64,000 nucleotides of DNA. Origin: Deferribacterales bacterium (GTDB taxonomy: Bacteria > Chrysiogenota > Deferribacteres > Deferribacterales > Geovibrionaceae). The notes below the pieces were generated by a model. The model made no database searches and was not told the DNA's origin. It saw nothing but the letters and a program-made list of their open reading frames with translations. Position 1 is the stretch's first letter, and every line of letters begins with the position of its first letter. The stretch covers positions 192,001 to 256,000 of the forward strand of contig JBFWLW010000003.1 in NCBI GenBank assembly GCA_050251945.1. The letters are read 5' to 3'. The position numbers and the translations under genes are program-made. This document shows, in pieces, positions 17,763-28,941 of this stretch.

Positions 17763-19106
17763 ATGAAAATAGTGGTTGCAGGCGCAGGAGAGGTCGGTTT
17801 TCACATCGCATCCTCCCTTATCAAAGACGGGAAGGATGTTGTTCTGGTGGAAAAAAATCCCGCACGGGCAAAGTACGCCTCTTCCCACCTCGATTGCCTC
17901 GTTGTCGTCGGAGAGGCAACCAATCCCGATATTCTTAAAGAAGCGGGCATCGACAATGCCGACGCCTTCATCAGCGCAACCGATTATGACGAAGTCAATA
18001 TGATCACTTGCTTCATAGTCGCAAGCGAATTTGACGTTCCCGTAAAAATTGCCCGCGTGCGCAATGTCAGCTATTCCAAACGCAGGATGCAGGGAAAGGC
18101 TCTCGCCGGAGTTGACTACGTCGTTAACCCTGAAATTGAGGCGGCAAAAACCATAGTTTCAACCGTTCAGCACGGCGCAACAAGCGATATCTTCCTTTTT
18201 GAGGATCTCAACATACAGCTTCGCGACATCATCGTTGACGAGGACGCTTTCTTTTGCGGAAAAACACTTAAAGACATCAAACGTGACCTGAAAGAGGAAT
18301 TTCTTATCGCAGGCATAATGCGCGACGACGAAATAGTTATCCCCGACGGCGATACCGTTATCCTCGATAAAGACCATATTTATCTTGTCGCATCCTCCAG
18401 AAGCTTCGTGAGAATGCTGAAGAAAGTAGGCATGCACGGCAAAAAACTCAAATCAATCGTCATTCTCGGCGGTGGCAACATCGGGCATCATGTTGCGGAG
18501 ATGCTTCTGCAGCAGGGCAAGAGCATAAAAATAATCGATAAAGATTACGAAATATGCAAGACCCTCACTGCGGATTTCCCAAACGCACTGGTTCTGAACG
18601 CAGACGTTTCGGACGAAAGTATTTTCGAGGACGAACAGCTTTTTAACTGCGATGCCATCATCTGCACAACCCACAACGAAGAACTGAACATACTTGCCGC
18701 CATATACGGCAAATCGAAAGGCATAAAGCGCGCGGTGGCACTTGTTAACAAGAGCAACTACATAACCATATCGGACGATCTGGGCATAGATTCCACCGTA
18801 AGCCCGAAGATAAGCTCCGTTAACGCCATCCTGAAATACATCAGGAAGGGCAACATAAAAAGCGTTATGAAGGTTCTGAACGGCATGGCGGAAGTTGCGG
18901 AATTTTTCGTTGCCCACGGAGCGGAAGTGACCACAAAAACCCTGAAGGATATAAAACTTCCGAAAGGAAGCCTCGTTGTCGCAGTCGCGAGGAACAACCG
19001 GACTTTCATCCCGGACGGAAATTTTGTCATGCAGTCGGGCGACATAGCGCTGACATTCTCCGCAGACAACACAGCCGAATCGTTACAGCCCTATTTTTCA
19101 GAGTAA
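17763..19106 (+). CDS. trkA: Trk potassium uptake NAD-binding subunit
   Basis: Two RCK domains (GAGEVG and GGGNIG). Confidence 0.93.
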   Translation: MKIVVAGAGEVGFHIASSLIKDGKDVVLVEKNPARAKYASSHLDCLVVVGEATNPDILKEAGIDNADAFISATDYDEVNMITCFIVASEFDVPVKIARVRNVSYSKRRMQGKALAGVDYVVNPEIEAAKTIVSTVQHGATSDIFLFEDLNIQLRDIIVDEDAFFCGKTLKDIKRDLKEEFLIAGIMRDDEIVIPDGDTVILDKDHIYLVASSRSFVRMLKKVGMHGKKLKSIVILGGGNIGHHVAEMLLQQGKSIKIIDKDYEICKTLTADFPNALVLNADVSDESIFEDEQLFNCDAIICTTHNEELNILAAIYGKSKGIKRAVALVNKSNYITISDDLGIDSTVSPKISSVNAILKYIRKGNIKSVMKVLNGMAEVAEFFVAHGAEVTTKTLKDIKLPKGSLVVAVARNNRTFIPDGNFVMQSGDIALTFSADNTAESLQPYFSE

Positions 19107-19109
19107 TCC

Positions 19110-20561
19110 ATGCACTATAAAGTTATCATAAAGACCATCGCCATTCTGCAGGTGATAATTGCCGCCTTCCACCTTTTGTGCGGCGGTATGGCTGTATGGT
19201 TCCACGAATTCAACGCCACTAACAGTTTTTTTATATCCGGCAGCCTGCTCATCAGTGTGGGCGCTGTCGCACTTTACTTTCTGAAAGATGAAAGACCGAA
19301 AAACCTGTCCACAAAGGACGGATTTCTCCTTGTCACGGCGAGCTGGGTCGCCGCCGTTCTGATAGGCGCTCTGCCGTACCACATATCGGGCGTTGTACCG
19401 ACGTATGCGGATGCAGTTTTTGAAACTATCTCCGGTTTCTCAACAACAGGTGCGACAATAATGACGGACGTTGAGTCACTGCCGAAATCCATCCTTTTCT
19501 GGCGGTCGCTTACGCACTGGCTGGGCGGTATGGGCATTGTCGTTCTGGCTGTTGCGGTTCTGCCCCTTTTAGGAATCGGCGGGATGCAGCTCATTCAGGC
19601 GGAAGCACCCGGACCGACTGTTGACAAGCTGACACCCAGAATAACAGAAACGGCGAAGTATCTTTGGTTCATCTATCTTTTCTTCACCGCCGCAGAAACG
19701 ACTCTTCTGATGCTCGGCGGCATGAATCTTTTCGATTCGCTCAATCACACATTCGCCACTGTGGCAACAGGCGGATTCGGAACGAAAAATACCAGCGTAC
19801 AGCATTACAACTCAGCATATATAGACTATGTAATAACCGTGTTCATGCTCCTTGCCGGACTGAACTTCTCGCTCCATTTCAGGCTTCTGACGGGAAATTT
19901 CAAGCATCTGTTTGTAGATTCGGAGCTTAAAACATACTTCTTCATAGTAACCGCGGCCACACTGATTGCGACTTTCTCCCTCACTGGGACAGTTTATAAC
20001 GATTTCATGACCAGTTTCCGTTATGCGAGCTTTCAGGTGGCAAGCTTCATAACCACCACAGGGTTTGCAACTGACGATTATGAAAGATGGCCTGCTGTGG
20101 CACAGATTGTTCTTTTCCTGCTGATGTTCGTCGGAGGGTGTTCGGGTTCCACAGGAGGCGGCATAAAGGTCATAAGGATAATTACACTGCTGAAACAGGG
20201 CTTGAACGAGATGAAATACCTTATACATCCCCGCGCAGTTTTCGCACTGCGCATCAACGGGCAGCCTGTTAAAAAGAATATCGTCTACGCTATCAGCGGT
20301 TTCTTTTTTTTATACATTACCACGGCTCTGATCGTTACCGTTATAGTCTCAACCTCCGGCGTGGATATCACCACCGCTTTCACTGCGGCGCTGACCACAC
20401 TGGGCAACATCGGTCCAGGATTCGGACTTATCGGTCCCACCGAAAATTTCGCATTCTTTCCCGAATATGTGAAATGGGTGCTGAGTGCCGCAATGCTTAT
20501 CGGCAGGCTTGAGATATACACGGTGATCGTTCTCTTCACTCCAATGTTCTGGCGGAAATGA
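19110..20561 (+). CDS. trkH: Trk potassium uptake membrane subunit
   Basis: SGFSTTG, WLGGMG, GGCSGSTGGGIK, GNIGPG and GRLE motifs. Confidence 0.94.
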   Translation: MHYKVIIKTIAILQVIIAAFHLLCGGMAVWFHEFNATNSFFISGSLLISVGAVALYFLKDERPKNLSTKDGFLLVTASWVAAVLIGALPYHISGVVPTYADAVFETISGFSTTGATIMTDVESLPKSILFWRSLTHWLGGMGIVVLAVAVLPLLGIGGMQLIQAEAPGPTVDKLTPRITETAKYLWFIYLFFTAAETTLLMLGGMNLFDSLNHTFATVATGGFGTKNTSVQHYNSAYIDYVITVFMLLAGLNFSLHFRLLTGNFKHLFVDSELKTYFFIVTAATLIATFSLTGTVYNDFMTSFRYASFQVASFITTTGFATDDYERWPAVAQIVLFLLMFVGGCSGSTGGGIKVIRIITLLKQGLNEMKYLIHPRAVFALRINGQPVKKNIVYAISGFFFLYITTALIVTVIVSTSGVDITTAFTAALTTLGNIGPGFGLIGPTENFAFFPEYVKWVLSAAMLIGRLEIYTVIVLFTPMFWRK

Positions 20562-22777
20562 AAACATTTATCATATATATCAACGGAATAGTGCAGGGAG
20601 TCGGATTTCGCCCGTTCGTATATAACCTTGCGGTTTCAAAGGGCGTCAAAGGCTCTGTGGTCAACAGCGGACGCGGCGTAGAGGTGCGTATGAACGCAGA
20701 GGATATGGAGGAAGCGGAGGCGCTCCTGCATGACATCAAAATATTCGCCCCTCCTCTGGCACACATAACAGAAAGCTCCGTCAGAGAGACTGAATACACT
20801 CAATACGAATCATTCACCATAGAAAAATCAATACATTCCGGCGGACTGTCCCTTGTTCCGCCCGATACGGCGATGTGCCCCAACTGTGCAAGGGAGATCA
20901 GCGACCCGGCAGACAGGCGGTTTGAGTACCCGTTTACCAACTGCACTGACTGCGGTCCCAGATACACGATCATGCTTGATATGCCCTATGACAGACCCCG
21001 CACGGTAATGTCGGAATTTGCAATGTGTCCGCAGTGTCAGACGGAGTATGGAAATCCCGCAGACAGACGCTTTCATGCACAGCCCAACGCCTGTCCGGTA
21101 TGTGGTCCTGAAGTCTCCTACAGAGATATCAGAGGCATTGAAGCAATAAAAAAAATTGCCGGACTGATAGACGACGGCGAGCTTGTTGCCGTTAAAGGGC
21201 TTGGCGGATATCATCTCATATGCGACGCGACAAACGACGCTCCCATCACAAAACTGCGCGGGCTGAAAAACCGCCCTGATAAACCACTGGCAGTAATGGC
21301 ATTGCCCGAAACCATAGAAGCATTGAATATATCGCAGTCTGAAAAAAATCTTATATTCAGCCAGTCGGCACCTATTGTGGTTCTTGAGTGCGACAATCCG
21401 GCGCTCAGCCGGTTCGTCTGCCCCATGTCGAAAGCTGTGGGGTATATGACAGCTTACACTCCGCTGCACATGGTGCTGATGAAATATCTGAAAACAAAGT
21501 TCATCGTCGCCACCAGCGGCAATTTGAAAGATGAACCCATAGCAAAGGACGCACATGAGGCGGAAACTGCGCTTTCGTCGTTCACGGAACATTTTCTGCA
21601 CCATAACAGACCCATCCACAACAGATGCGACGATTCACTGGCGGCAGTTGTCGGCGGTTCTCCATATATCATGCGCCGCGCAAGGGGATTTGCTCCCTAT
21701 CCGGTAATAATGCCTTTGGCATCTGACAAGTGCGTTCTCGGTGCGGGCGCTCATCTTAAAAGCAGTATAACCATCGCAAAGGATGGTTATGGATTCGTAA
21801 GCCAGTACATAGGCGATCTGGACAATCCGGAAACCTGCGCCTTTTATGACGAGACAATAAAAAAGATGGAGTCACTTTACGGACTGACACCCGAAACGGT
21901 TGTCTGCGACCTCCACCCAAACTATCACAGCACGCAGTATGCGCAAAAACTCGGCATAAAGGTTGTTCAGGTTCAGCACCACGTCGCCCATATGCTCGCA
22001 TGCATGGCGGAAAACGGGCTTACCGGCAACACGCTTGGCATCATAATGGACGGAACGGGGCTTGGCACAGACAACACCATATGGGGCGGAGAGTTCTTTG
22101 TTATGAAAGACACTGAAATAACCCGCGCCCTGCACCTGCCCTCTGTACCGCAGCCCGGCATGGACGCGGCGGCAAAGAATCCCGCACGGATGCTGATTTC
22201 ATACCTGCACAGCTTCGGGCTTCTGTCGGACAGCATAGATATACTCACAGCCAATACAGGGCTTTCTGAAAAGGATATTCAGCTCATCACAACCATGACG
22301 GACAAAAACATAAACTGCATCCCCACATCCAGTACCGGAAGGATGTTTGAAAGCGTTGGCGCGCTCGTCACAAAAACACCCGTAAACCTTTTCGAGGCAC
22401 ATTCCGCCATGAAATTTGAAGGATTCTGTAAAAACACAGATAGATCTTACCGTGTATCCTCGACTGATGAGCTTTTCGGATGCGTTCTTGACGACCTGCG
22501 CAAAGGCACTGACAGAACCGAGATTGCATCCGCGTTTCACAACGGGTTCGCAGATTGGGTGTTCAATGAGGCAATCAGGCTCTGCAGTGAAAATAACATA
22601 ACAGACACCGTTATTTCCGGCGGCGTATTCCAGAATATATTTATTGTACGCAGGCTAAAGGCTCTTTTCGCCAAAAGCTCCGTCAGACTGCACACACACT
22701 CGAAAGTTCCGCCCAACGACGGGTGCATATCACTTGGGCAGTCGTTCTTTACAAACTTTCACAGCCTGAACATTTGA
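20558..22777 (+). CDS. hypF: Hydrogenase maturation carbamoyltransferase
   Basis: GIVQGVGFRPFV, CTDCGPRY, RFHAQPNACPVCGP, QHHVAH and PPNDG motifs. Confidence 0.95.
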   Translation: MKTFIIYINGIVQGVGFRPFVYNLAVSKGVKGSVVNSGRGVEVRMNAEDMEEAEALLHDIKIFAPPLAHITESSVRETEYTQYESFTIEKSIHSGGLSLVPPDTAMCPNCAREISDPADRRFEYPFTNCTDCGPRYTIMLDMPYDRPRTVMSEFAMCPQCQTEYGNPADRRFHAQPNACPVCGPEVSYRDIRGIEAIKKIAGLIDDGELVAVKGLGGYHLICDATNDAPITKLRGLKNRPDKPLAVMALPETIEALNISQSEKNLIFSQSAPIVVLECDNPALSRFVCPMSKAVGYMTAYTPLHMVLMKYLKTKFIVATSGNLKDEPIAKDAHEAETALSSFTEHFLHHNRPIHNRCDDSLAAVVGGSPYIMRRARGFAPYPVIMPLASDKCVLGAGAHLKSSITIAKDGYGFVSQYIGDLDNPETCAFYDETIKKMESLYGLTPETVVCDLHPNYHSTQYAQKLGIKVVQVQHHVAHMLACMAENGLTGNTLGIIMDGTGLGTDNTIWGGEFFVMKDTEITRALHLPSVPQPGMDAAAKNPARMLISYLHSFGLLSDSIDILTANTGLSEKDIQLITTMTDKNINCIPTSSTGRMFESVGALVTKTPVNLFEAHSAMKFEGFCKNTDRSYRVSSTDELFGCVLDDLRKGTDRTEIASAFHNGFADWVFNEAIRLCSENNITDTVISGGVFQNIFIVRRLKALFAKSSVRLHTHSKVPPNDGCISLGQSFFTNFHSLNI

Positions 22778-22835
22778 TTCCACAATCTCTTTCCAAATCA
22801 TAACAAATGTTCTATACTTGGAAAAGAGAGGATAT

Positions 22836-24026
22836 ATGATACACCCTGATGTTTCACTTCTGATACTATGCAATAACAGCCGTGCATGTATGGATGTTAA
22901 AGAGGTTCTGGGCAGCCTCAAATTTGACATGACCATCGCAGTCAGCACAGAAGAAGCATATGACCTGCTCACCAAAAAAAGCTTTGACATAATAGTTTCC
23001 GAATTCGATCTGGACGGCACTGACGGTATAAAATTTCTTCAGTACGCCGCATCAATGAACAGCTTCTCCACGCGGCTGATTGTCGGCAGCAGTTCAAACG
23101 AAGACTCGATAATCAAAGCTATCATAAAAGGCATCGCATGCGCCTATATAGACTCATCGTCAAACAGACACATAATAACTGCTAAACTTGCCGACATGGC
23201 GCGGGTGCAGACCAGCATGGACAACAGAAGGCTGCGCCAGATACAGAACGGTTCAAACACCTTTCCCATAGTCATGAGCATCTATGAAGCGCTTATGAAC
23301 GCCATAAATAACGACCTTCCGATCGGAAAGATAGCCCAGATAGTGTCCGGAGACGTTACGCTCACTTCAAAGATAATCCATGTGGCAAACTCCGCATTCT
23401 ACGGCAGTTTCGCCGGAACCTCCGTCGAAAAAGCCATAATGTTCATGGGGCTTAACACTGTTAAGGACATTGTGCTGATGCATTCCCTTTCGGCAAACCT
23501 GAATATGACCGCGGAACAAAACCAGTATTTTGAAACGACAGTGCGGCACTCAGTTGAAACGAACTATTACCTCAACTGCATAGCACATATTTACAGAGAC
23601 TGTTCTCTTTCACCGCTGAACAATTCCGTGGGGATAATCCACGACATAGGAAAGATAATACAGCTTGTTTTCTTTCCGCTCGAATTCCGTGCTATTGCGG
23701 AATTCAGAGAGGAACACCCAAATACGGACTATTTCACATGTGAGCTTGAATCGGGTAATTTTTCTGTAAACCACGCGGAGGTCGGGGCATATTTTCTTAA
23801 GATGTGGAACTTTAACCAGTATGCGGTAGAATCCGCTCTGTTTCACCATACGCCGGAACTGTCTTCAGCCAACACAAGAGCATGCGTAGAAGCGCTCTAT
23901 CTGGCAAACACCCTTTCAGATATCCGCGACGGATACAATCAGTCTCTTGAAGAAGCTGTAAAAAGATGCGTAATAGTTAAGGCTGATCCGCAAGTGCTTA
24001 TGAACATTGAGCCGCCCGAACGTTAG
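22836..24026 (+). CDS. Degenerate receiver + HDOD domain protein
   Basis: REC-like N-terminus. ANSAFYG, GIIHDIGK and HAEVGAYFLKMWN (HDOD). ATG 22836 follows GAGG. Confidence 0.82.
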   Translation: MIHPDVSLLILCNNSRACMDVKEVLGSLKFDMTIAVSTEEAYDLLTKKSFDIIVSEFDLDGTDGIKFLQYAASMNSFSTRLIVGSSSNEDSIIKAIIKGIACAYIDSSSNRHIITAKLADMARVQTSMDNRRLRQIQNGSNTFPIVMSIYEALMNAINNDLPIGKIAQIVSGDVTLTSKIIHVANSAFYGSFAGTSVEKAIMFMGLNTVKDIVLMHSLSANLNMTAEQNQYFETTVRHSVETNYYLNCIAHIYRDCSLSPLNNSVGIIHDIGKIIQLVFFPLEFRAIAEFREEHPNTDYFTCELESGNFSVNHAEVGAYFLKMWNFNQYAVESALFHHTPELSSANTRACVEALYLANTLSDIRDGYNQSLEEAVKRCVIVKADPQVLMNIEPPER

Positions 24027-24853
24027 TTCTTCGGATCAAGAATATCTCTCAGACCTTCACCCAGAAGGTTATAACCCAGAACAGTTATAAATATGGCAAG
24101 ACCCGGAAACATCGACAGCCACCATGCGAACATGATGTTGTCCTTGCCTGCTGTCAGAATATTTCCCCATGACGGGGTGGGGGGCTGAACGCCCAGACCA
24201 AGAAAACTCAGAGAACTTTCGGTGAGAATAGCTCCCGCAATGCCAAGCGTCGCCGTTACGAATATCGGCGTCATTACGTTAGGCAGTATATGTTTGAACA
24301 TTATTATGTTTGTGGAAAGCCCCTGCACCTGCGCAGCGGTTATATAATCGCGGGTCTTAACACTCATTACCTCAGCCCGAACCAGACGGGTTACGCCCAT
24401 CCAGCCCGTTAGACCTATCACAGCCATAACGTTGAACACGGAAGGATTAAGAAACGCTATCACAGCAAGTATAAGGAAAAAAGCGGGAAAACAGAGCATT
24501 ATATCCACAATGCGCATTATGATTATATCAGTCCAGCCGCCGAAATATCCGGCAATAAGCCCAAGAATCACACCTATCAGCAGCGATATCCCTACCGCAA
24601 CAAAACCCACGAACAGCGAGATACGGCTGCCGTAAACTATGCGGCTGAAAACATCCCTGCCCAATTCATCCGTTCCGAAAAAATTCAGCTCAGAAGGAGC
24701 CGCAAAGATATTATTAAGATTAATAGCCGTCGGGTCCTGCGTCGCTATGAACGGCGCGAAGACGGCAACCATAATGAAGAACAGCACGACGGCAAGCCCC
24801 GAATAGAACAGATAGCTCCCCTTGACCTTGCTCAGAAGTCTATTTTTTGCCAT
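24023..24853 (-). CDS. oppC: Oligopeptide/dipeptide ABC permease (C subunit)
   Basis: [27 protein letters not shown] and GEGLRD motifs. Confidence 0.9.
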   Translation of the reverse strand: MAKNRLLSKVKGSYLFYSGLAVVLFFIMVAVFAPFIATQDPTAINLNNIFAAPSELNFFGTDELGRDVFSRIVYGSRISLFVGFVAVGISLLIGVILGLIAGYFGGWTDIIIMRIVDIMLCFPAFFLILAVIAFLNPSVFNVMAVIGLTGWMGVTRLVRAEVMSVKTRDYITAAQVQGLSTNIIMFKHILPNVMTPIFVTATLGIAGAILTESSLSFLGLGVQPPTPSWGNILTAGKDNIMFAWWLSMFPGLAIFITVLGYNLLGEGLRDILDPKN

Positions 24854-25820
24854 ATCGTATCCTCGGGTCCACCAGACCGTAGCAGATATCCGCTATCAGG
24901 TTGCCGATAAGCGTCAGCACCGCGCCCATCACAAGTATACCCATTACAACCGGATAGTCGCGCATCATAACCGCCTGATAAAAAAGCTGACCCATTCCTG
25001 CTATGCCGAATATTGATTCAAAGATAACACTGCCCCCGATAAGACCCGGAACGGAAAGTCCCAGAATTGTGACAACCGGAAGCATTGCATTTTTAAGGGC
25101 ATGTTTGAAAACGACCTTGTTCTCTGACAGTCCGCGCGCTCTTGCGCTGGTGATGTAGTCCTCGCCCAGAACCTCAAGCATGGAGTTTCTTGCGAATCTG
25201 CTCAGTCCCGCCAGTCCGCCGAAAACGGACAAAAGAACCGGCAGAAACGAGTGCCAAGCGAGATCCCAGATTTTACCTGCAAAAGAAAGCTGATCGAAAT
25301 TATATGATGTAAGACCGGATATGGGGAGCCAGCCTTTGATGACGCCGAAATAATACATGCAGAGAAGTGCCAGCCAGAAAGTAGGCACCGCAAAACCTAT
25401 GAAAACAAAGACAGTTACGCTCTTATCAAAAAGACTGTTCTGCCTGTACGCCGACCACACACCCAGTGGCAGTGCGATGAGGAAGATAAGAACCATTCCC
25501 GCTACGTTCAGATAAATCGTGACAGGCATACGTTCCAGAATCTTTTCTGTGACACTCTTGCCGTCCTGACTGAAGGACTCGCCGAAATCAAGCACAGCGA
25601 CGCGCTTAAGCCACATGACATACTGTTCCGGCAGGGGTTTATCCAGCCCGTACATCTTTTCAAACTTCTGATATGCCGTTTCCGAGAACTTCGGATTCAT
25701 GGACGCAAGAAACTGCGCGGGATCACCCGGTGCAAGATGGATCACAAAAAAGCAGATGAGCGTGATGCCGAAGAGCAGGGGTATCATCCCTGCCAGTCTT
25801 GCGGCTATGTATCTGAGCAT
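24840..25820 (-). CDS. oppB: Oligopeptide/dipeptide ABC permease (B subunit)
   Basis: [22 protein letters not shown] and DPRIR motifs. Confidence 0.9.
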   Translation of the reverse strand: MLRYIAARLAGMIPLLFGITLICFFVIHLAPGDPAQFLASMNPKFSETAYQKFEKMYGLDKPLPEQYVMWLKRVAVLDFGESFSQDGKSVTEKILERMPVTIYLNVAGMVLIFLIALPLGVWSAYRQNSLFDKSVTVFVFIGFAVPTFWLALLCMYYFGVIKGWLPISGLTSYNFDQLSFAGKIWDLAWHSFLPVLLSVFGGLAGLSRFARNSMLEVLGEDYITSARARGLSENKVVFKHALKNAMLPVVTILGLSVPGLIGGSVIFESIFGIAGMGQLFYQAVMMRDYPVVMGILVMGAVLTLIGNLIADICYGLVDPRIRYGKK

Positions 25821-25829
25821 TTACAACTC

Positions 25830-27473
25830 TTATTTCTGGAAGCTGTATTTCTGCTTGTCCTTGGCAACCCACCAGTCTTCCTGATTATATCCGATGCCTG
25901 CCGGTGCGGGCTTAACTTCATTGAAGCGTTTGCTTATCGCAACCAGAGCGTTCGGAACCGTGAGGAAAGTGTAGGGCTGGTCTTCAGCCAGAATCTCCTG
26001 AGCTTTAAAATAATATTCTTTGCGTATTTCCGGATTAAACTCTTTGCGCCCTTCAATGAGCAGTTTGTCCAGCTCTTTATTTTTGTAACAGATAAAGTTG
26101 AGCTTTTGTCCGCCGCAGTTGCCGGAATACCAGACATCATAGAGGTCGGGGTCGTTTGTGATGTTCCAGCCGAGAACAACCGCATCGTATTTCTGTTTGT
26201 TGATGTATTCGTTTATAAATGTAGCCCATTCAAGAACCCGGATATCTACCTTAACGCCTATCTTCTCCCAGCTTTTCTGTAATACTTCGCAGATGCTGGT
26301 TCGCACCGAATTGCCCTGATTTGTTATCAGTTCAAATTTCAGCGGCTTGCCGTCCTTTTCAACTATGCCGTCGCCGTTTGTGTCTTTGTATCCCGCTTCG
26401 GCAAGGAGTTTTTTCGCCTGCTCAATGCTGTAATCGTATCTTTTAACGTTGGGGTTATACCAGACGGTACCCGGTTTATAGGGTCCCGTAGCTTCAACGC
26501 CCAGACCGAACTGGAGACCGTTTATGATATCCTTTTTCGGTGTTGCATACGAAAGAGCCTGACGGACACGTTTGTCCTGAAACATCGGCTTTTTCTGGTT
26601 ATAGCCGACATATTCGTAGCTTGACGCCAGATACATGTGTTTGTTGTACTGACTTGTGAATCTGGGGTTGCTGTCAGTCTGTTTTGACCATTGAAGAGGA
26701 GAAAGCGATATAAGATCTATCGAACCGTTCAGAAGTTCAAGGAAAGTCGTCGCGGTATCGGGGATTATACGGAAAATATATCTGTCGATATAAGGTCTTC
26801 CAAGGAAATAGTCGTCGTTTGCCACAAGCGTGATGGAATCGCCCGCCTTCCACTCAAGGAATTTATAGGGACCTGTACCAACAGGCTTTCTCAGCAGAGG
26901 GGATTTTTTTACATCCTGACCCTGTAAAAGATGCTTAGGCAGCATAGGCATTCCCCAGCTGATGAGCGCCGGGGCGAAAGGTTCGTCATATGAAACCTTT
27001 ACGGTGTACTTGTCGATAACCTCAAACTTGCTGACAAGTCTGAAATCCGCATCGTAAGAGGTGGGGGTTTTGTCGTCTATCATGAATTTGTAGGTGAATT
27101 CAACGTCGTCGGCAGTAAAAGGTTTGCCGTCGTGCCACCTGACATCCTGATTCAGGTGAAAGATGATGCCTTTGCCGTCGTCAACTATCTCCCAGCTGTC
27201 TGCCAGATCACCCACAATATTCAGGTTCTTGTCATACTTAACCAGACCGTTGTATATCTTGTCTGCAACGTCGTGCGAAGCCGAATCCGAGGTTATATTG
27301 TATATAAGCCCCGAAGCGTCGCCAAGCATTGAAACAACAACTGCGTCACCGTAAACGGCATTAGGGATATCACGTTTGCGGGAAACCTCCGGCTCAGAGC
27401 CGCTGTCCGATTTTTTCTGTCCGCATCCGAAAACGGAGAGGACAAGCAGTACGGCAAGAAACTTTTTAATCAC
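25830..27473 (-). CDS. oppA: Peptide ABC transporter substrate-binding lipoprotein (family 5)
   Basis: Lipobox VFGC. WHDGKPFTADDV, GTGPYK and RVRQAL motifs. Confidence 0.88.
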   Translation of the reverse strand: MIKKFLAVLLVLSVFGCGQKKSDSGSEPEVSRKRDIPNAVYGDAVVVSMLGDASGLIYNITSDSASHDVADKIYNGLVKYDKNLNIVGDLADSWEIVDDGKGIIFHLNQDVRWHDGKPFTADDVEFTYKFMIDDKTPTSYDADFRLVSKFEVIDKYTVKVSYDEPFAPALISWGMPMLPKHLLQGQDVKKSPLLRKPVGTGPYKFLEWKAGDSITLVANDDYFLGRPYIDRYIFRIIPDTATTFLELLNGSIDLISLSPLQWSKQTDSNPRFTSQYNKHMYLASSYEYVGYNQKKPMFQDKRVRQALSYATPKKDIINGLQFGLGVEATGPYKPGTVWYNPNVKRYDYSIEQAKKLLAEAGYKDTNGDGIVEKDGKPLKFELITNQGNSVRTSICEVLQKSWEKIGVKVDIRVLEWATFINEYINKQKYDAVVLGWNITNDPDLYDVWYSGNCGGQKLNFICYKNKELDKLLIEGRKEFNPEIRKEYYFKAQEILAEDQPYTFLTVPNALVAISKRFNEVKPAPAGIGYNQEDWWVAKDKQKYSFQK

Positions 27474-27474
27474 G

Positions 27475-27792
27475 TTATTTAGACTCCATGGGAACCACAG
27501 GTTTTTTGTTTTCGGCGGGTGCCTGCTGACCTGCGGGATTGCTCTGCATGATGCTGCTGGTTGTTTTCTGTGTGGAAAGAACAGCCAGAGTGAGCGAAGT
27601 TATCATGAAAACGATAGCGATAACAGTTGTGACCTTGTTCATTATGTTAACCGGAGCGCCGGGACCGAAAACGTCGCCCGCACCGCCGCCGAATGCAGAA
27701 CCAAGGGAAGAGCCTTTACCGGACTGGATAAGTACGGCAAGGATAAGCAGGAAGCAGATAACAATATGAATCGCAAGAATTACAGTGTACAT
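27475..27792 (-). CDS. secG: Preprotein translocase subunit SecG
   Basis: VLIQSGKG..LGSAFGGG; follows tpiA. Confidence 0.93.
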   Translation of the reverse strand: MYTVILAIHIVICFLLILAVLIQSGKGSSLGSAFGGGAGDVFGPGAPVNIMNKVTTVIAIVFMITSLTLAVLSTQKTTSSIMQSNPAGQQAPAENKKPVVPMESK

Positions 27793-27807
27793 TAAATGAT
27801 CTCCAGG

Positions 27808-28569
27808 TTATTTGTAAAAATTGATTATTTTTATAAAGTCCTCGGCTACAAGGCTGGCTCCGCCAACCAATGCACCGTCAACGTTCTCTCTGAGCATCAG
27901 CGCACCGATGTTGTCCGGCTTAACGCTCCCGCCGTAAAGTATGCGTACCTTGTTCGCCACGACAGGTCCGTATATTCTGGACAGGAACTTTCTTATGGCG
28001 ACGTGCATCTCTTCCGCATCCGCTGGCATAGCTGTTTCGCCTGTTCCTATCGCCCAGACAGGTTCGTATGCAACCGTAATGTTCTGTAAACGGTCAACGC
28101 CCACGCCGCTGAGTCCCATGCCAAGCTGGTAAAGAACTCTGTCTATGTATACTCCCGCTTCTCTTTCAGCAAGCAATTCGCCAACGCAGAGGATGACGTG
28201 GAGTTTGCATCTAAGAGCAAGACGCACCTTTTCGTTGATAAGTTCATCAGTTTCTCCGAAAATTGTCCTTCTTTCGGAATGTCCGATGATAACGGTATCG
28301 GCTCCGGCTGTAAGAAGCATGTCTGCGTTCACATCTCCTGTGAAGGCTCCCTTCTCATGCTGCGAAACGTTCTGTCCGGCAACAGATATAGGCACACCCA
28401 TATCTCTTATGGTTTTGGACACTGTCGAAAGGCTGCAAAAATCCGGCGCAACGCCGATGTCAACTATTCCGTAGTCCAGTTTAACAGAGAGCAGCGAACG
28501 GACAAGGTCATCGGACTGCTTCACATCAAGGTTCATTTTCCAGTTACCGTATATAAGCGGTTTTCTCAT
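27808..28569 (-). CDS. tpiA: Triosephosphate isomerase
   Basis: GNWKMN, HSERR, AYEPVWAIGTG and YGGSV motifs. Confidence 0.97.
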   Translation of the reverse strand: MRKPLIYGNWKMNLDVKQSDDLVRSLLSVKLDYGIVDIGVAPDFCSLSTVSKTIRDMGVPISVAGQNVSQHEKGAFTGDVNADMLLTAGADTVIIGHSERRTIFGETDELINEKVRLALRCKLHVILCVGELLAEREAGVYIDRVLYQLGMGLSGVGVDRLQNITVAYEPVWAIGTGETAMPADAEEMHVAIRKFLSRIYGPVVANKVRILYGGSVKPDNIGALMLRENVDGALVGGASLVAEDFIKIINFYK

Positions 28570-28575
28570 GGGGAA

Positions 28576-28941
28576 TTACTCCTCTTCTGTGGTCACGCTT
28601 CCATCGTCGCCCATCTGACAGCTTCCGTTGAAAACGACTCCCTCTTCAACCTTGAAAACCGGTGTGATTATCTTTCCTGTCACATAAGCGGGTTTGTAAA
28701 GCTCAACCTTTGTTTTTGCAGTTATAACGCCGTCAAAGCGTCCTGAAATCTTGATATCCCCCGCTTCAATCTCCGCCTTAACGTTGCCGGAGTTTGCAAT
28801 AACCAGAGTGTCCTCTGTCTTTATATTCCCTTCAAAGTTTCCGTCTATTCTGACAAGTCCGTCGAATATAAGGGTTCCCTGAAACGTTGTGTTCTTGCCG
28901 AGAAATGCGTCTATGCCGCCTGTGTCTTTTCCCTTTATCAA
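28576..28941 (-). CDS. Bactofilin (polymer-forming cytoskeletal protein, CcmA/BacM-like)
   Basis: Beta-helix pattern FQGTL..VRIDG.FEGNI...VEEGVVFNGSCQM. Confidence 0.9.
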   Translation of the reverse strand: MIKGKDTGGIDAFLGKNTTFQGTLIFDGLVRIDGNFEGNIKTEDTLVIANSGNVKAEIEAGDIKISGRFDGVITAKTKVELYKPAYVTGKIITPVFKVEEGVVFNGSCQMGDDGSVTTEEE

